A stretch of 64,000 bases of DNA from a virus (lineage: Duplodnaviria; Caudoviricetes), in IMG/VR virus record IMGVR_UViG_3300028483_000002, positions 1 to 64,000 of that record, one strand, 5' to 3'. This document shows positions 48,905 through 58,915 of the stretch, piece after piece; position 1 is the first letter of the stretch; each line of letters begins with the position of its first letter. The position numbers and the translations under genes were made by a program. A model generated the notes under the pieces. The model ran no database searches, had not been told where the DNA came from, and saw only the letters and a program-made list of their open reading frames with translations.

Positions 48905-49234
48905 TTAATCTTTAGACAATTTTACACCTGTAAAAATACCAAAAATTAATAATAATACACCACCAACTGCTGCGATTAGTTTAGTGATATTATCTGCCGG
49001 AATACCAGCCAAACCTAAAAGAAAAGAACCAACAGCAATTAAAATAATTGCTAAGATTGTTTTCCAATCTTTTTTTTCTGATTTTTTCCAAACAGACATA
49101 CATGCACTTGCTGCGGCAACAAAAGCCACAGCTAAAGCTGAATACTCAACAATTGCAACATCAGTAAAGAATGCAACAATTGTTCCAATTAGCACTAATG
49201 CTAAACAAACATACTTGAAAACTTTGCTATTCAT
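48905..49234 (-). CDS. Four-helix membrane protein (holin-like possibility)
   Basis: Four hydrophobic segments, internal repeat. Confidence 0.55.
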   Translation of the reverse strand: MNSKVFKYVCLALVLIGTIVAFFTDVAIVEYSALAVAFVAAASACMSVWKKSEKKDWKTILAIILIAVGSFLLGLAGIPADNITKLIAAVGGVLLLIFGIFTGVKLSKD

Positions 49235-49342
49235 GTTTTCACCTCCCTTTATTTTTCTAGTTTTACAACGGGTAAGGTAATAATAATATTACACGCAGCA
49301 TGAAGCTGGCATTTCCCCGTAAAAAACTAGCAAACCCCAAAA

Positions 49343-49786
49343 TTAAAAAGGCATTCCTTCACCAAATTCACTGTCAGAATATCCACCCCAATTATCACTA
49401 TTTTGTTGTGGATAAATATTTTCAGGTTGGAAATCAGCCTTTTGATTTTCTGCATTTCTGGCCCCAACTAGTTGAACACTGTTAGCAACAATTTGAATTT
49501 TGCTGAACTTTTGACCATCTTTTTCCCAACGGTCTTGTTTTAAATAACCATCAACGGCAATTTTTTGACCTTTTACCAAATATGGTTTTAAGTTTTCAGC
49601 AGTTTTTCCCCAAATAGTAATATCAAAATAGCTTACTTCATCGACCCATTGATCCCCGTTTTTTTTACTTCTGTTTACAGCAATACTAACACTTGCTTTT
49701 GCAGTGCCATTTGACAAAACAGAATATCCATCTCCAACATCTCTAGTTAGATTCCCAATTAAAACAACATGATTTAAGTCTGTCAT
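49343..49786 (-). CDS. ssb: Single-stranded DNA-binding protein
   Basis: MTDLNHVVLIGNLTRD..WGKTAE..GQKIAVDGYLKQDRW, acidic tail ending MPF. Confidence 0.95.
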   Translation of the reverse strand: MTDLNHVVLIGNLTRDVGDGYSVLSNGTAKASVSIAVNRSKKNGDQWVDEVSYFDITIWGKTAENLKPYLVKGQKIAVDGYLKQDRWEKDGQKFSKIQIVANSVQLVGARNAENQKADFQPENIYPQQNSDNWGGYSDSEFGEGMPF

Positions 49787-49805
49787 TTATTATATCCCCC
49801 TAAAA

Positions 49806-50507
49806 TTATTTATCTCTCATGTTTATTCGGTAAGATTCAAAGTTGAATTCAAGACAAGTACAATTTTCTGTAAATCTGTCATAAATAGGTTGCCCCAAAT
49901 ATTCAATCAATTCCATTTTTGATTTATTTGAAATCAAAACAGTGCTTTTATTTTTTTCATATCTCTCATTTAAAATCATGAAAAGAAATTTTACCTCATC
50001 TTTGCTTTCAAATTTGCCAATTTCGTCAATCACCAATAACGGATATTCAGCATATCTTTTGATTAAATCAGAGTTAGATTCTTTTGCTTTAAAACTTTTG
50101 CAATCATCTAGTTCTAATTCGATTTGGTATGATTTTACGTAATGACTTCCCCAACACTCCCGACAGATAATAGCAGCTAGCATTGTCTTTCCTGTTCCAG
50201 GATTGCCAACTAACCACAATGTCCTTTTCAAATAATTAATAACAAAGTCTTTTATTTTATCTAAAATATTTTTTTTCTGTGGAATATCAATTTTAAAACT
50301 ATCAAAACTACAATTCCAATATTTAGAACCGATTCCACTTTCTTTTAGTCTTTCAAACTTTGCTGTTTCATTAATATTTTTTTGGTGTTCTTTTTCAAAG
50401 ACTGTATCGTCAGCAGAAAGTGGCACTTCTTCCCATTCCTGCATTTCTTTGCATATTTCATCTAAACGACCCAACCCATAAGAAACACCTTGTTTTATTT
50501 CCCCCAT
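49806..50507 (-). CDS. DnaC/IstB-like helicase loader ATPase
   Basis: GNPGTGKT Walker A, LVIDEIG Walker B, ISN, YDRF. Confidence 0.9.
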   Translation of the reverse strand: MGEIKQGVSYGLGRLDEICKEMQEWEEVPLSADDTVFEKEHQKNINETAKFERLKESGIGSKYWNCSFDSFKIDIPQKKNILDKIKDFVINYLKRTLWLVGNPGTGKTMLAAIICRECWGSHYVKSYQIELELDDCKSFKAKESNSDLIKRYAEYPLLVIDEIGKFESKDEVKFLFMILNERYEKNKSTVLISNKSKMELIEYLGQPIYDRFTENCTCLEFNFESYRINMRDK

Positions 50508-50516
50508 GTTTACCCC

Positions 50517-51332
50517 TTAAAAAGCAATATCTGCTTCTGTGAAATTATCTGGAATTCTATCACTCCTAGATTTTCCAATATTTTTTGGATCATAATAATT
50601 ATTTTTATTTGGCCCATCTCTTTGTTCGTATGCAGAAATTCCCCATTTTTTAAGAGCAAGATAATCAGAGTTATATTTATACCCTTTCATTTCTTTCAGT
50701 TCTGAAAAAAAGTTAATAATATTATTTGTTTTTTCTTCACCGTGTTCTGTTTTTAATTTATCAAATTCAGAATCAGAAAGTAAAACATTTTTATACTCAC
50801 CATATTTATTTTTTTTAGGCTTTGTTTTTTTAGGCTTTTCTTCTGGTATATATATATTATTAATACTTGTATTGTTAACTCTTGTATTATTCTCTTTGGC
50901 AATTTGGCAATACCCCTCTTGCCAAATATCAATACCCTCTTGGCAATTTGGCAATACCCCTTGACAAATATCAATACCCTCTTGGCAATTTGGCAATACC
51001 CCTTGACAAATATCAATACCCTCTTGATTTTCTGCACTACCTTTAGCATTTGTATTAATAAAGATTTTTCTCTCAGTACATTCCTTGCCATTGTATTTAT
51101 ATTCAATCTTGATATACCCTTTATCTGCAAGCTGCTTTAACCATTTTGAAATTGAAGAAGGATCAACTTCATACAATTTTGCAAAATAATTATTTGATGC
51201 ATAACAATAGCCATCTTTTTCTGATAAACAAGTTAATTCTGAGTATAAAAGTTTTGCATTTGCTTTTAATGATTTATCATATCGGACTGTAGCCGGTATA
51301 ATTCCAAAATATGACGGTTTTTCTTTACCCAT
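50517..51332 (-). CDS. Phage replication initiator (winged-HTH N-terminus)
   Basis: AKLLYSELTCL..GYCYASNNYFA..LADKGYI; internal iteron repeats; upstream of loader. Confidence 0.88.
   Translation of the reverse strand: MGKEKPSYFGIIPATVRYDKSLKANAKLLYSELTCLSEKDGYCYASNNYFAKLYEVDPSSISKWLKQLADKGYIKIEYKYNGKECTERKIFINTNAKGSAENQEGIDICQGVLPNCQEGIDICQGVLPNCQEGIDIWQEGYCQIAKENNTRVNNTSINNIYIPEEKPKKTKPKKNKYGEYKNVLLSDSEFDKLKTEHGEEKTNNIINFFSELKEMKGYKYNSDYLALKKWGISAYEQRDGPNKNNYYDPKNIGKSRSDRIPDNFTEADIAF
50896..51026. repeat. Iteron array / probable replication origin inside initiator gene
   Basis: Three ~42-bp tandem units (six CAATACCC cores) encoding GIDICQGVLPNCQE. Confidence 0.8.
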
Positions 51333-51353
51333 TTTTTACCCCCTATATATTTT

Positions 51354-51764
51354 TTACACCACTTGTTTTAAGTTTTGATTTTCAATCTCAACCCACTTAA
51401 AATTAACATCATCCCACTTTGCAGGAACAAAACAATTTTTTTCGATGCTCCAAATACTTCCTGGCTCAATAGGCCTTTCATTCCATTTAGTTCCATCACT
51501 TCTACAAGTATAAAATAATCGGAATGTGTCTACTGTAATCCTATCTGAATTACAATTAGGGCATCTATATTTATCTTCATAAAACAATTTGCCTTGCCCA
51601 TCTGGAGTTTTCATGTATACAGAGTAAGTAACAACAATTAAAGGCTTTAAAAAGTCTTTGTACTTTTTACCTTCGTTTTCAGCCTTTTTAACACAGTAAG
51701 GACAATATGAATATTTATCTTCTCCACTTAAATATTTTTTACCAACTTCTTTAATATTTTCCAT
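51354..51764 (-). CDS. Zinc-finger hypothetical protein
   Basis: CPYC and CPNC motifs. Confidence 0.6.
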   Translation of the reverse strand: MENIKEVGKKYLSGEDKYSYCPYCVKKAENEGKKYKDFLKPLIVVTYSVYMKTPDGQGKLFYEDKYRCPNCNSDRITVDTFRLFYTCRSDGTKWNERPIEPGSIWSIEKNCFVPAKWDDVNFKWVEIENQNLKQVV

Positions 51765-52098
51765 CTATAGCCCCCCTATTTTTTTTCATAGACACCCCAT
51801 TTTTTTTTATAGCCCCCCTATTTTTTTTATATAGGGTGTCTATAGGCCCCCTATTCCATCGTTGGTTTGCACCTTTTTGACCGTTTATTTTCGATGTTTC
51901 AAGGTCTAAATCATAAAAATCTTTGATAGATTCAAAATATTTCTTTGTTTTTTTATTTAATTTGGGTGTTGTTCCTTTTTCTGCATAATCAATAATTGCA
52001 ATAATCAAACTTTTTGCATTTCGACCAGATAACTCGACAAAAGCACCTTTATACAAATAAAAAAATTTAAACCATCTTGATTTTTTATTGTGCTCCAT
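51751..52098 (-). CDS. Short DUF6291-like replication-protein N-terminal domain
   Basis: AIIDYAEKG..FESIK..INGQKGA; ends within G/A-run repeats. Confidence 0.55.
   Translation of the reverse strand: MEHNKKSRWFKFFYLYKGAFVELSGRNAKSLIIAIIDYAEKGTTPKLNKKTKKYFESIKDFYDLDLETSKINGQKGANQRWNRGPIDTLYKKNRGAIKKNGVSMKKNRGAIDGKY
51765..51856. repeat. Second iteron-like array (~21-bp period)
   Basis: ATAGCCCCCCTATTTTTT / ATAGACACCCCATTTTTT units repeated 4-5 times. Confidence 0.7.
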
Positions 52099-52100
52099 AA

Positions 52101-52907
52101 TTATTTACTCCTATTTATTAATAAAGAATTGTTTTCCTGTACTAATTCTGCTGCTTTACGTTGAGCAGTTTCAATTTTTCCTCTCAAATGAGGATAACGT
52201 TCTAAAAATTCATCATAATTTTTACATTGTTGGTGAAAAAAATTATGTTCATCAGGCGTAAGAGCAAGGATATTCCATGCTTTGTCAATAGCTGCAGGAC
52301 ATGCCCCACGTGATACAATATGGTGATAATGGACAGGCGTTCTTCCACTTGCCTCTGAAAAAATAACATACTCTCGCATTTCTTCAATACTTGAAAATTC
52401 TTCAAATTCATTTTCCGGCTTATACTTCCATTCTTCCCATTCATAAATGAACTTTCTAACACTACTTTGCAAATCAATTGATAACTCGCACAATGTAGCA
52501 AGATGGAATAGTAAAGAATTAATGAATCTTCCGGCCTGTTCTGTATTCATTTCTGATAAGTGAATAGGTCGTAATCTATCGTTTAATCTGGATGGTTTTT
52601 TATCTGCATATTCTTCAAGTAAATCACAATACAATTCATATAATTCTTCATGTGTTCCATTGCGACCTTCCATGCTCTGAAAAATTATGCTAATTAAAAT
52701 CCATACAGCATTATTTTGTTTAAATGTTCTATGTTGATATGGAGCATTTATTTCACACCTGAGTAAAACTTCTTGTTTTGTTCTACCTTCTCTTTCTTTT
52801 TTATTTCTAAAGAGCTTTTCAACTATGTATCTGTCATTTTCATCTACAAGTTTTAAGACAATAAAATTATTCTGATAGACACCGTGAAAATGTGATATTA
52901 TTTTCAT
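52101..52907 (-). CDS. Putative HNHc-type nuclease
   Basis: C-terminal HYHHIVSRG..ALTPDEHNFFH; downstream of recT. Confidence 0.7.
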   Translation of the reverse strand: MKIISHFHGVYQNNFIVLKLVDENDRYIVEKLFRNKKEREGRTKQEVLLRCEINAPYQHRTFKQNNAVWILISIIFQSMEGRNGTHEELYELYCDLLEEYADKKPSRLNDRLRPIHLSEMNTEQAGRFINSLLFHLATLCELSIDLQSSVRKFIYEWEEWKYKPENEFEEFSSIEEMREYVIFSEASGRTPVHYHHIVSRGACPAAIDKAWNILALTPDEHNFFHQQCKNYDEFLERYPHLRGKIETAQRKAAELVQENNSLLINRSK

Positions 52908-53710
52908 CGCACACTCTCCTTTATTGCTCTATCAACTGAATAACCCTTTCTTAAACGGTTATAAAGCATATTCTTTGAAAGATTTAGCTCTCTGCACCAA
53001 TCAGAAACACACTGTGTTTTACCCTGATATGTTAGAAAATGATTTTTTCGAGTATTACAATTTTGTCTTTCCAATGGAATCCAGGTACAATTATTAGGTT
53101 CATAATTTCCATTGAAATCCTTACGTTCAATAGTTAGGTTATCAGCATAACCATTGTCATAAGCCCATTTTCTGAAACAATCAAAATCTAGCCAATCATC
53201 ACAAATTGTAATTCCTCTTGCACCATACCACTTCCAATTTACAGAACTTTTTACAAAACATCTGGCTTTCATATTTGACCATATTTTATATAATCGTGTA
53301 TAACAACCACCGTGTTTTGTAGTTCCGATTTTTCTATGAGCTTTGCCTAAACAACCACAAGACAATATTTTTCCGGCTTTCAAATCTGGACTAGAAACAT
53401 CTTTTATTGTTCCACAATCACACAGAACCTTAAAAAAAGCCTTATTCTTAATGGTTTTAGAATAACTTAATACAGTGAGAATTCCATATCTATTACCGGA
53501 AATATCTTCATATTGTTTTGTATGTTTTAAGCATCCACAACTTTTTGTATGGCCTGACTGTAAATGACATAGACTAACTGTACAGGTATTTCCACAATCA
53601 CATAAACATTCATAATATGATGCATTACGACCATTATTTTGTTTCTTGTAAAAGTGTTTCTGTAGTGTAAGAATTCCTATTCTTTTTCCAACTAGATCAT
53701 TTACAGCCAT
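52904..53710 (-). CDS. HNH-type homing endonuclease-like protein
   Basis: Two CDCG..SCGCL repeats, RLYKIWSNMKARC, YGARGITIC, TIERKDFNGNYEPNNC. Confidence 0.85.
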   Translation of the reverse strand: MAVNDLVGKRIGILTLQKHFYKKQNNGRNASYYECLCDCGNTCTVSLCHLQSGHTKSCGCLKHTKQYEDISGNRYGILTVLSYSKTIKNKAFFKVLCDCGTIKDVSSPDLKAGKILSCGCLGKAHRKIGTTKHGGCYTRLYKIWSNMKARCFVKSSVNWKWYGARGITICDDWLDFDCFRKWAYDNGYADNLTIERKDFNGNYEPNNCTWIPLERQNCNTRKNHFLTYQGKTQCVSDWCRELNLSKNMLYNRLRKGYSVDRAIKESVR

Positions 53711-53739
53711 TTTTTTACTTCCCCTTAGAAAATATCGTT

Positions 53740-54669
53740 CTAAAATACACTAGCATTATCAAAAGCCTGTGAAACCGCCATTTCTTCATCAGGACTTAAC
53801 ATTTGTTGCTGTGGTAAAGATTGTGGTTGGTTTTCAACAGTTATTTTCGCTGTTTCTACAATTTCAACATCATCTGCAACATCTGAAACGTTATAATCTT
53901 CTTCATTTAATACAGTTGCGTCTTTCAAATCTTCTTTTTCTTCTCTTTCTACAGCATCAAGAGCTTCAATTGAAATAGGACACAATTTTAATGCCTGAAT
54001 TACACAAGTTTTTAATGCCATTGCATCAAAATTCTTATTCCAAATGTTTTCTTTATCGTCTTTGTTGTAAGCCTTAGAAAATTTATCTCTATGCAATTCA
54101 ACATCTTTTTTGCTCATGACTTTAAATTGCACACCACCGTTTTCTAATTCAACTAAACAGTAATACCCAACGATTTCACCACGTTCTTTTTTTAGATCCA
54201 TTCGATGAGATAGATTTCTACCCACACCTAACTGAACGTCAAAAATGTCATTCTCATAAACCGGTTCTGCGGCAATAGTTTTAATAGTTGCAGAACGTCG
54301 AGCTAACGCAATTAAACCTTTATACCCCATTTGAAAATGACAAATCATTCTCTTTTCCCATTTGCCATTTACATTCACACTTTCATTGTAAGGTATAAGA
54401 TACGCTTGCCCTAAAGTGCCATTCAATTCCAATCCATAACTAGCAGCTTCTTTTAAAGCTCTAAAGATTGAATCTTTATCACAATTTAAAAGCTGTTTTT
54501 GCTTTGGATTTGTAATAGCAAGAAAAGCAGATTGCATAAATCTGTCAATTTCTACAGTTCCTTTTGGAATAGCAGAAAGAAAAGATTCCTTTCTTTCACT
54601 CAACCATTCACCCAAAGTTCCAGTTTTACCTGTCTGTTGAGTAACAGGTACACTTCCGTTTGTTTTCAT
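53740..54669 (-). CDS. recT: RecT single-strand annealing protein
   Basis: GLELNGTLGQAYLIPY..FQMGYKGLIALARRS..MALKT. Confidence 0.93.
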   Translation of the reverse strand: MKTNGSVPVTQQTGKTGTLGEWLSERKESFLSAIPKGTVEIDRFMQSAFLAITNPKQKQLLNCDKDSIFRALKEAASYGLELNGTLGQAYLIPYNESVNVNGKWEKRMICHFQMGYKGLIALARRSATIKTIAAEPVYENDIFDVQLGVGRNLSHRMDLKKERGEIVGYYCLVELENGGVQFKVMSKKDVELHRDKFSKAYNKDDKENIWNKNFDAMALKTCVIQALKLCPISIEALDAVEREEKEDLKDATVLNEEDYNVSDVADDVEIVETAKITVENQPQSLPQQQMLSPDEEMAVSQAFDNASVF

Positions 54670-54682
54670 TTTTTTCTCCTAC

Positions 54683-54842
54683 AAAAAAAGCCGCCCTGAA
54701 TCCCACAATTTCAAGACGGCCCAAATTGCTTTTAAAGCAATTAAGCAATGTGGGCAAACTTAATCACTCTACCAATTTTTTATAAAAGCACAGTTTCCTG
54801 TACCCTTATATTAAAAGTATCACATCTAATACTTTTTGTCAA
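54683..54842 (-). promoter_or_regulatory. Kissing-loop leader K2 with operator B
   Basis: TTGACA-17-TACTTT; hairpin loop CCCACA; terminator loop TGTGGG; T7. Confidence 0.65.
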
Positions 54843-54845
54843 TTA

Positions 54846-55841
54846 TTATTTTTTAGAAATTCTTAAAACTTTTGAAACAGATTCTTTTGAATATTCTTCA
54901 AAAAGCCCAGATTTTTTTAACAAATCTGTATCTACCATTTTTTTTCTTTGAGTATTGTAAGTGAGTTTGTATTTATCACCAATTGCAGTTACTTTATCTA
55001 TTTTTTTGCTGTCATCAGATGATAATTTATAAAGGTTCACAACAATTTGATTTTTAATCTGGTCTAGTTTTTGTTTTAATTTTTTTATTTCTTCATCTAA
55101 TTGTTGTTGTTCTTCAACCAATTGATTTGTTTCATCATCTAATGTAATTTCTGCATTAATTGGTAAATTTTTTAGGTAATCTTTTTCAGATTCAACACCT
55201 TTTGGAGCAGGAGGAACATTCGCTAAAACATTATTTTCCCAAAAATCACGTTCTGCAGGAATTAAAGTTGTATAAATAAATTCATCGCTGCGAAGAATAA
55301 CATAATGTCGTGCTTTTTTTGATGATAAAATAAAAACAGTTAAAATAAACCAAGGTAAATCAGTTACAGCCATATAGTGCTGTACTTGGCAATAATAACT
55401 ATCTGGAATTTCACCATCCCCAAAACCATCACCTTTTGCACTAGTTTTGATTTCATGGCCACCAAAACCTTGAATTTCTTTCCCCTCAATTATTTTTGCC
55501 ACTGGAACATAGCACAAACCGTCTAAATTCGCATTCATAAACGGATAATCATAACTAGTATACATTCCTGGTACAGTTACAATTTCAATTCCCAACTCTT
55601 TAGCTGTCATTTGTCTAATAGGATCTTCTAGAATATGCCCCCATTCCGTTGAAGCATTTCCTTCAAATCCATTAATGTTTTTTTTAGCAAAATAGACATT
55701 CAAAGCTGATGTATACTCATTCATTCCTAAAATTGCACCAGCATCACTGCCACCAATTCCAGTAGTTCTTAATTCTAACCATTTTTTTTCTTCTGTTGCT
55801 TGATCAACAGGTGTAAATTTTGCATTAATTTTTATATCCAT
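54846..55841 (-). CDS. YqaJ-family viral recombinase exonuclease
   Basis: WLELRTTGIGGSDAGAILG..ANLDG..HEIKT..YYCQVQHYM. Confidence 0.93.
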   Translation of the reverse strand: MDIKINAKFTPVDQATEEKKWLELRTTGIGGSDAGAILGMNEYTSALNVYFAKKNINGFEGNASTEWGHILEDPIRQMTAKELGIEIVTVPGMYTSYDYPFMNANLDGLCYVPVAKIIEGKEIQGFGGHEIKTSAKGDGFGDGEIPDSYYCQVQHYMAVTDLPWFILTVFILSSKKARHYVILRSDEFIYTTLIPAERDFWENNVLANVPPAPKGVESEKDYLKNLPINAEITLDDETNQLVEEQQQLDEEIKKLKQKLDQIKNQIVVNLYKLSSDDSKKIDKVTAIGDKYKLTYNTQRKKMVDTDLLKKSGLFEEYSKESVSKVLRISKK

Positions 55842-55976
55842 AACTATTTCCTTCCTTTTTTTTCTTTAATATAAAAGCCTTGTGCCGCTTTCATGTAAAA
55901 TTGCATTAATAAAAAATCCTTTTTATTAAAACATTCCATTGCTTTTTTCACACATTCATTATGTTCTTTTGTGTAA

Positions 55977-56168
55977 TTACTCTTGTATATCATCTTCATA
56001 ATCCATTTCCTCATCTTCAATTAATGTGTGAATCTTTTTTTCATCCAAATTGTTGCTTTTAATGTAATTATCAATTTTCTTTTGTGCCTCATAGTTATTT
56101 TTACACCAAAAGTCAGCAATTTTTTGGCCATCTGCATCAAAAATATATCCAATTGAACAAACTGCCAT
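55977..56168 (-). CDS. Small hypothetical protein
   Basis: AGGAGG RBS before ATG 56168 (MAVCSIG..). Confidence 0.55.
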   Translation of the reverse strand: MAVCSIGYIFDADGQKIADFWCKNNYEAQKKIDNYIKSNNLDEKKIHTLIEDEEMDYEDDIQE

Positions 56169-56169
56169 A

Positions 56170-57183
56170 TTATTCCTCCTTCCCATTGCATTCACCTTTT
56201 GGATTGTAATATGTCCCATCTTTTATTCTAGAATAAATATCAAAAGCCTTTTTTAATATTTCCATACCTTTCTCTGTAATTTTATTATCATCATCAATGT
56301 ATTCATTTGCTAAAATTGTTTTTTTACCTGTAAAATCTGCATAATGACGAATTTTTAAATATTCCTTAATCATGTTTTCAGGAATATCTAAAATTACAGA
56401 TGCTTCTTTCAATGTATAAGAATGACTTTCAACAGATTCAATAAACTTTTCAGAAGTTTTATTGATAATTTTTTGATATTCTTCTTCACCTTTTTCAATA
56501 AAACTCTCTGCAACAGCTCCAGGTTTATACTTATTAATAAAGTATGTAATCCCTTCCATATTTAAAAGAAGTTGTTCACCTGTTTTGTCTGTTGATTTGT
56601 TAAAAGTTCTTAAAGTGAAGTATTTTTGATATTCTGCTTTTGCTCTGTATTCACCAATAGAATTTTTATAAACATATTTTGCTTTCAAAATTGTCATAAA
56701 TTCTGTTTGTTTCATACCGAGTTTTGCGGCCATATCTCTAAAGTTCATTGTCTTAGATCGGTCTACTAATTCATCATAAACAACTGCTTTTGGTTGCATA
56801 ATTGCTACTTGATGTCTAATGTTGTCTAATGTTTGGTTTGCAAGTTGCAAGGCTCTAGACATTACAGCTTCTGGTGTGTTCCATGCTTTTTCGAGTCTGA
56901 TTAAATAATTGCGATATGTTTTACCAATTTCTGTTCTAGACATTAAACAGATTGATTTAGCCATATCAATAGAAATTGCATAGTCTTGAATTTCTTGTTC
57001 TCCACCATGTTGGTTGCCCTGTATCTTTAAATACACCCCAGAAAAATCTTCATTTTCAACGAACTCTTTAGAATTATTTTCCCACCAAAGAGAAAAACGA
57101 CATTTAATTTGTAAACCTTTGTACAATTCTCTAGCTGATACAGCTTGAATTCCGTCTTTTTCAATAATTTGTAATTCGTTCAT
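56170..57183 (-). CDS. AntA/AntB + KilA-C antirepressor
   Basis: AVSARELYKGL..DYAISIDMAKSICLM..R.YLIRLEKAWNTPEAVMSRAL; MQPKAVVYD. Confidence 0.9.
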   Translation of the reverse strand: MNELQIIEKDGIQAVSARELYKGLQIKCRFSLWWENNSKEFVENEDFSGVYLKIQGNQHGGEQEIQDYAISIDMAKSICLMSRTEIGKTYRNYLIRLEKAWNTPEAVMSRALQLANQTLDNIRHQVAIMQPKAVVYDELVDRSKTMNFRDMAAKLGMKQTEFMTILKAKYVYKNSIGEYRAKAEYQKYFTLRTFNKSTDKTGEQLLLNMEGITYFINKYKPGAVAESFIEKGEEEYQKIINKTSEKFIESVESHSYTLKEASVILDIPENMIKEYLKIRHYADFTGKKTILANEYIDDDNKITEKGMEILKKAFDIYSRIKDGTYYNPKGECNGKEE

Positions 57184-57185
57184 AG

Positions 57186-57878
57186 TTACCCTCTCTTTTG
57201 AAGTTTGTCTAATGTTTTTTTGATATAATCAACACCCTTTTGAAAAACAACTGTTTTAAGGTTGATGTGGGTATCTCCGTCTTTATCTTCAAACTTTGTT
57301 TCGATAACTCTGAAATATCCAGCGTCAATATATTTCTGATATGGTTGATTGTGATTGTCTAAGATTTTTTCATCTCGTAAGATTTCAAAAAGTTTATTTC
57401 TGCCGACATTCTTATAATTAAGAAGTTTTGCAACTTCTTTCATATCGCAAGTATCAGGTGAACCTGTTACTTTGTTGTAGAAGTCAACCTTTGGCTGCAT
57501 ACTATTTAGCTGTGCCATCAATTCATTGTTACGATTTTGCAAAATTGCCATTGCTTTCATAACAATTTGATTTTCTTCTACTTGTGTAGAAACAGAATCA
57601 ATTTGTCTTGTTGCCAAGTTGTGATGCTTTTGAATTTCCTGTTTAATCAATGTTGCTTGTTCTTCGGTAAAAACCTTGACAGATTGATTTCCACCATTGG
57701 TTTTTAAGGTATGGAAAGTACCTTCCACCCCTTTAGTTTTAGCTGTTTCTCTAATTGTTCTTTCTGATACTCCAAGAACTGTGGCAAGTTCTTTTGTAGT
57801 CATTGTTTTTTGATTTTGCTGTGTGGAAGTTTTCACGCTTGTAAAATCTTTATTTTCAATAATTTGCAATTCATTCAT
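57186..57878 (-). CDS. KilA-C (ANT) antirepressor
   Basis: MQPKVDFY..EVAKLL..GRNKLFEILR..PYQKYIDAGYF..TVVFQKG. Confidence 0.9.
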   Translation of the reverse strand: MNELQIIENKDFTSVKTSTQQNQKTMTTKELATVLGVSERTIRETAKTKGVEGTFHTLKTNGGNQSVKVFTEEQATLIKQEIQKHHNLATRQIDSVSTQVEENQIVMKAMAILQNRNNELMAQLNSMQPKVDFYNKVTGSPDTCDMKEVAKLLNYKNVGRNKLFEILRDEKILDNHNQPYQKYIDAGYFRVIETKFEDKDGDTHINLKTVVFQKGVDYIKKTLDKLQKRG

Positions 57879-57880
57879 AA

Positions 57881-58357
57881 TTAGTTCCCTCCATTTAATG
57901 ATTCAGGCAAAGCGTTTGTTTTTAATGTTTCTTCTGTAACTGAATTAAAGAAATCAATGTTTAGTTTCTTTGCGTTTTTCCAAAATTTAAGAAGAAATTG
58001 AAATTCTTCGTTTTCTGAATTTCTAATTCTTTCCCGAAATTCCTGTGTGGCATCAGTCAATCTTCTTTCTAGCATCATGTAATTTTTCATAATTTTATTG
58101 CGTCGTAAATTCAATGCTGCCATTTCTCTGTTGTAGATGTTTGAGCCAGGAATCATTCTTGTTGTTGCAATAAATTCAGTCTTTTCCTGTTTTAAATCAT
58201 GAAGGGAATCTTTTACTTTTCTAAAGATTTTACTTATCTCTTTTGGAGATAAAAGATCAAGTTCCTTTTCTGAAAACTGATAGTTTTCAAAATTTGAAAT
58301 TTGTAGTAAACTATTTTTTGAGTTTACCGATACTTTAATTGTAGGTGTCATAGACAT
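57881..58357 (-). CDS. Hypothetical helical protein heading the antirepressor operon
   Basis: 158 aa, GGAG RBS. Confidence 0.6.
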   Translation of the reverse strand: MSMTPTIKVSVNSKNSLLQISNFENYQFSEKELDLLSPKEISKIFRKVKDSLHDLKQEKTEFIATTRMIPGSNIYNREMAALNLRRNKIMKNYMMLERRLTDATQEFRERIRNSENEEFQFLLKFWKNAKKLNIDFFNSVTEETLKTNALPESLNGGN

Positions 58358-58417
58358 CTCCTATAAATTTTCGTGTTACTAGGTGCTTGGCGGTGCGATA
58401 AGTAACACGAAAGAAAT

Positions 58418-58560
58418 AAAAAAGGCTCAAGCCTTTTCCATCACAAAAAGTCTTGAGCCAGAGGTCTACACACCCACTTTTATAGTATCGGTGATCACCC
58501 TGACAGAGCAATCAAGTAGTGTGATGGACCTGCTTCATTACTCTATAGGTTGTAAAGATG
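58418..58560 (-). ncRNA. Structured leader/small RNA K3 (paralog of K5)
   Basis: Hairpin AGAGTAAT/ATTGCTCT with loop GTCCATCACA; terminator GGCTCAAG/CTTGAGCC with loop TGTGATGG; promoter TTGACA-16-TATAAT at 58610-58583. Confidence 0.7.
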
Positions 58561-58640
58561 AATATTCGTCTTTACATTTGTCATTATAGTTAAGTATTTA
58601 TCTTTGTCAAGTTAAAAAAGATAAATATTCATCTTTTTTT
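58551..58640. promoter_or_regulatory. Operator C sites between K3 promoter and XRE2
   Basis: TGTAAAGATGAATATTCGTCTTTACA and AAAAAAGATAAATATTCATCTTTTTT palindromes. Confidence 0.7.
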
Positions 58641-58645
58641 TAATT

Positions 58646-58915
58646 ATGGACTTCTACGAAAACGTAAAAATTCTTGTAAAAAAACATGGGCTTCAGTTAA
58701 TACCTTTGTTGGAATCGTTAGGAATTAACTATTCAACTTACAAAGGGTACAAACAGTATGGCAATCTTCCAAGAGCTGACGAAGCGGTGAAGATTGCTCA
58801 AGCCCTCGAAACCACTGTTGAATACTTAGTAACTGGTAATAAACCAGACCTAAGTTCTAAAACAAAATCTCTAATAAATGAATTAGAGATGACCATAAAT
58901 AAGTACAAAAACTAA
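58646..58915 (+). CDS. XRE-family HTH regulator 2
   Basis: LGINYSTYKGY..LPRADEAVKIAQALETTVEYLVTG. Confidence 0.9.
   Translation: MDFYENVKILVKKHGLQLIPLLESLGINYSTYKGYKQYGNLPRADEAVKIAQALETTVEYLVTGNKPDLSSKTKSLINELEMTINKYKN

Noticed and set aside
48905-49234. Firm holin call
   Set aside because: Only hydrophobicity supports it; it lies in the early region and no endolysin is visible.
44081-51026. 15-bp and 42-bp tandem repeats as possible CRISPR arrays
   Set aside because: No unique spacers, both lie in frame within genes, and no cas genes are present.
250-55000. Most plus-strand ORFs in the track (e.g. 1252-1689, 12282-12752, 21117-21386, 44764-44967)
   Set aside because: Antisense shadows of long minus-strand genes; no RBS or recognisable motifs.
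58383-58589. 68 aa plus-strand ORF
   Set aside because: Overlaps the K3 RNA antisense with no RBS; the structure is better explained as non-coding.
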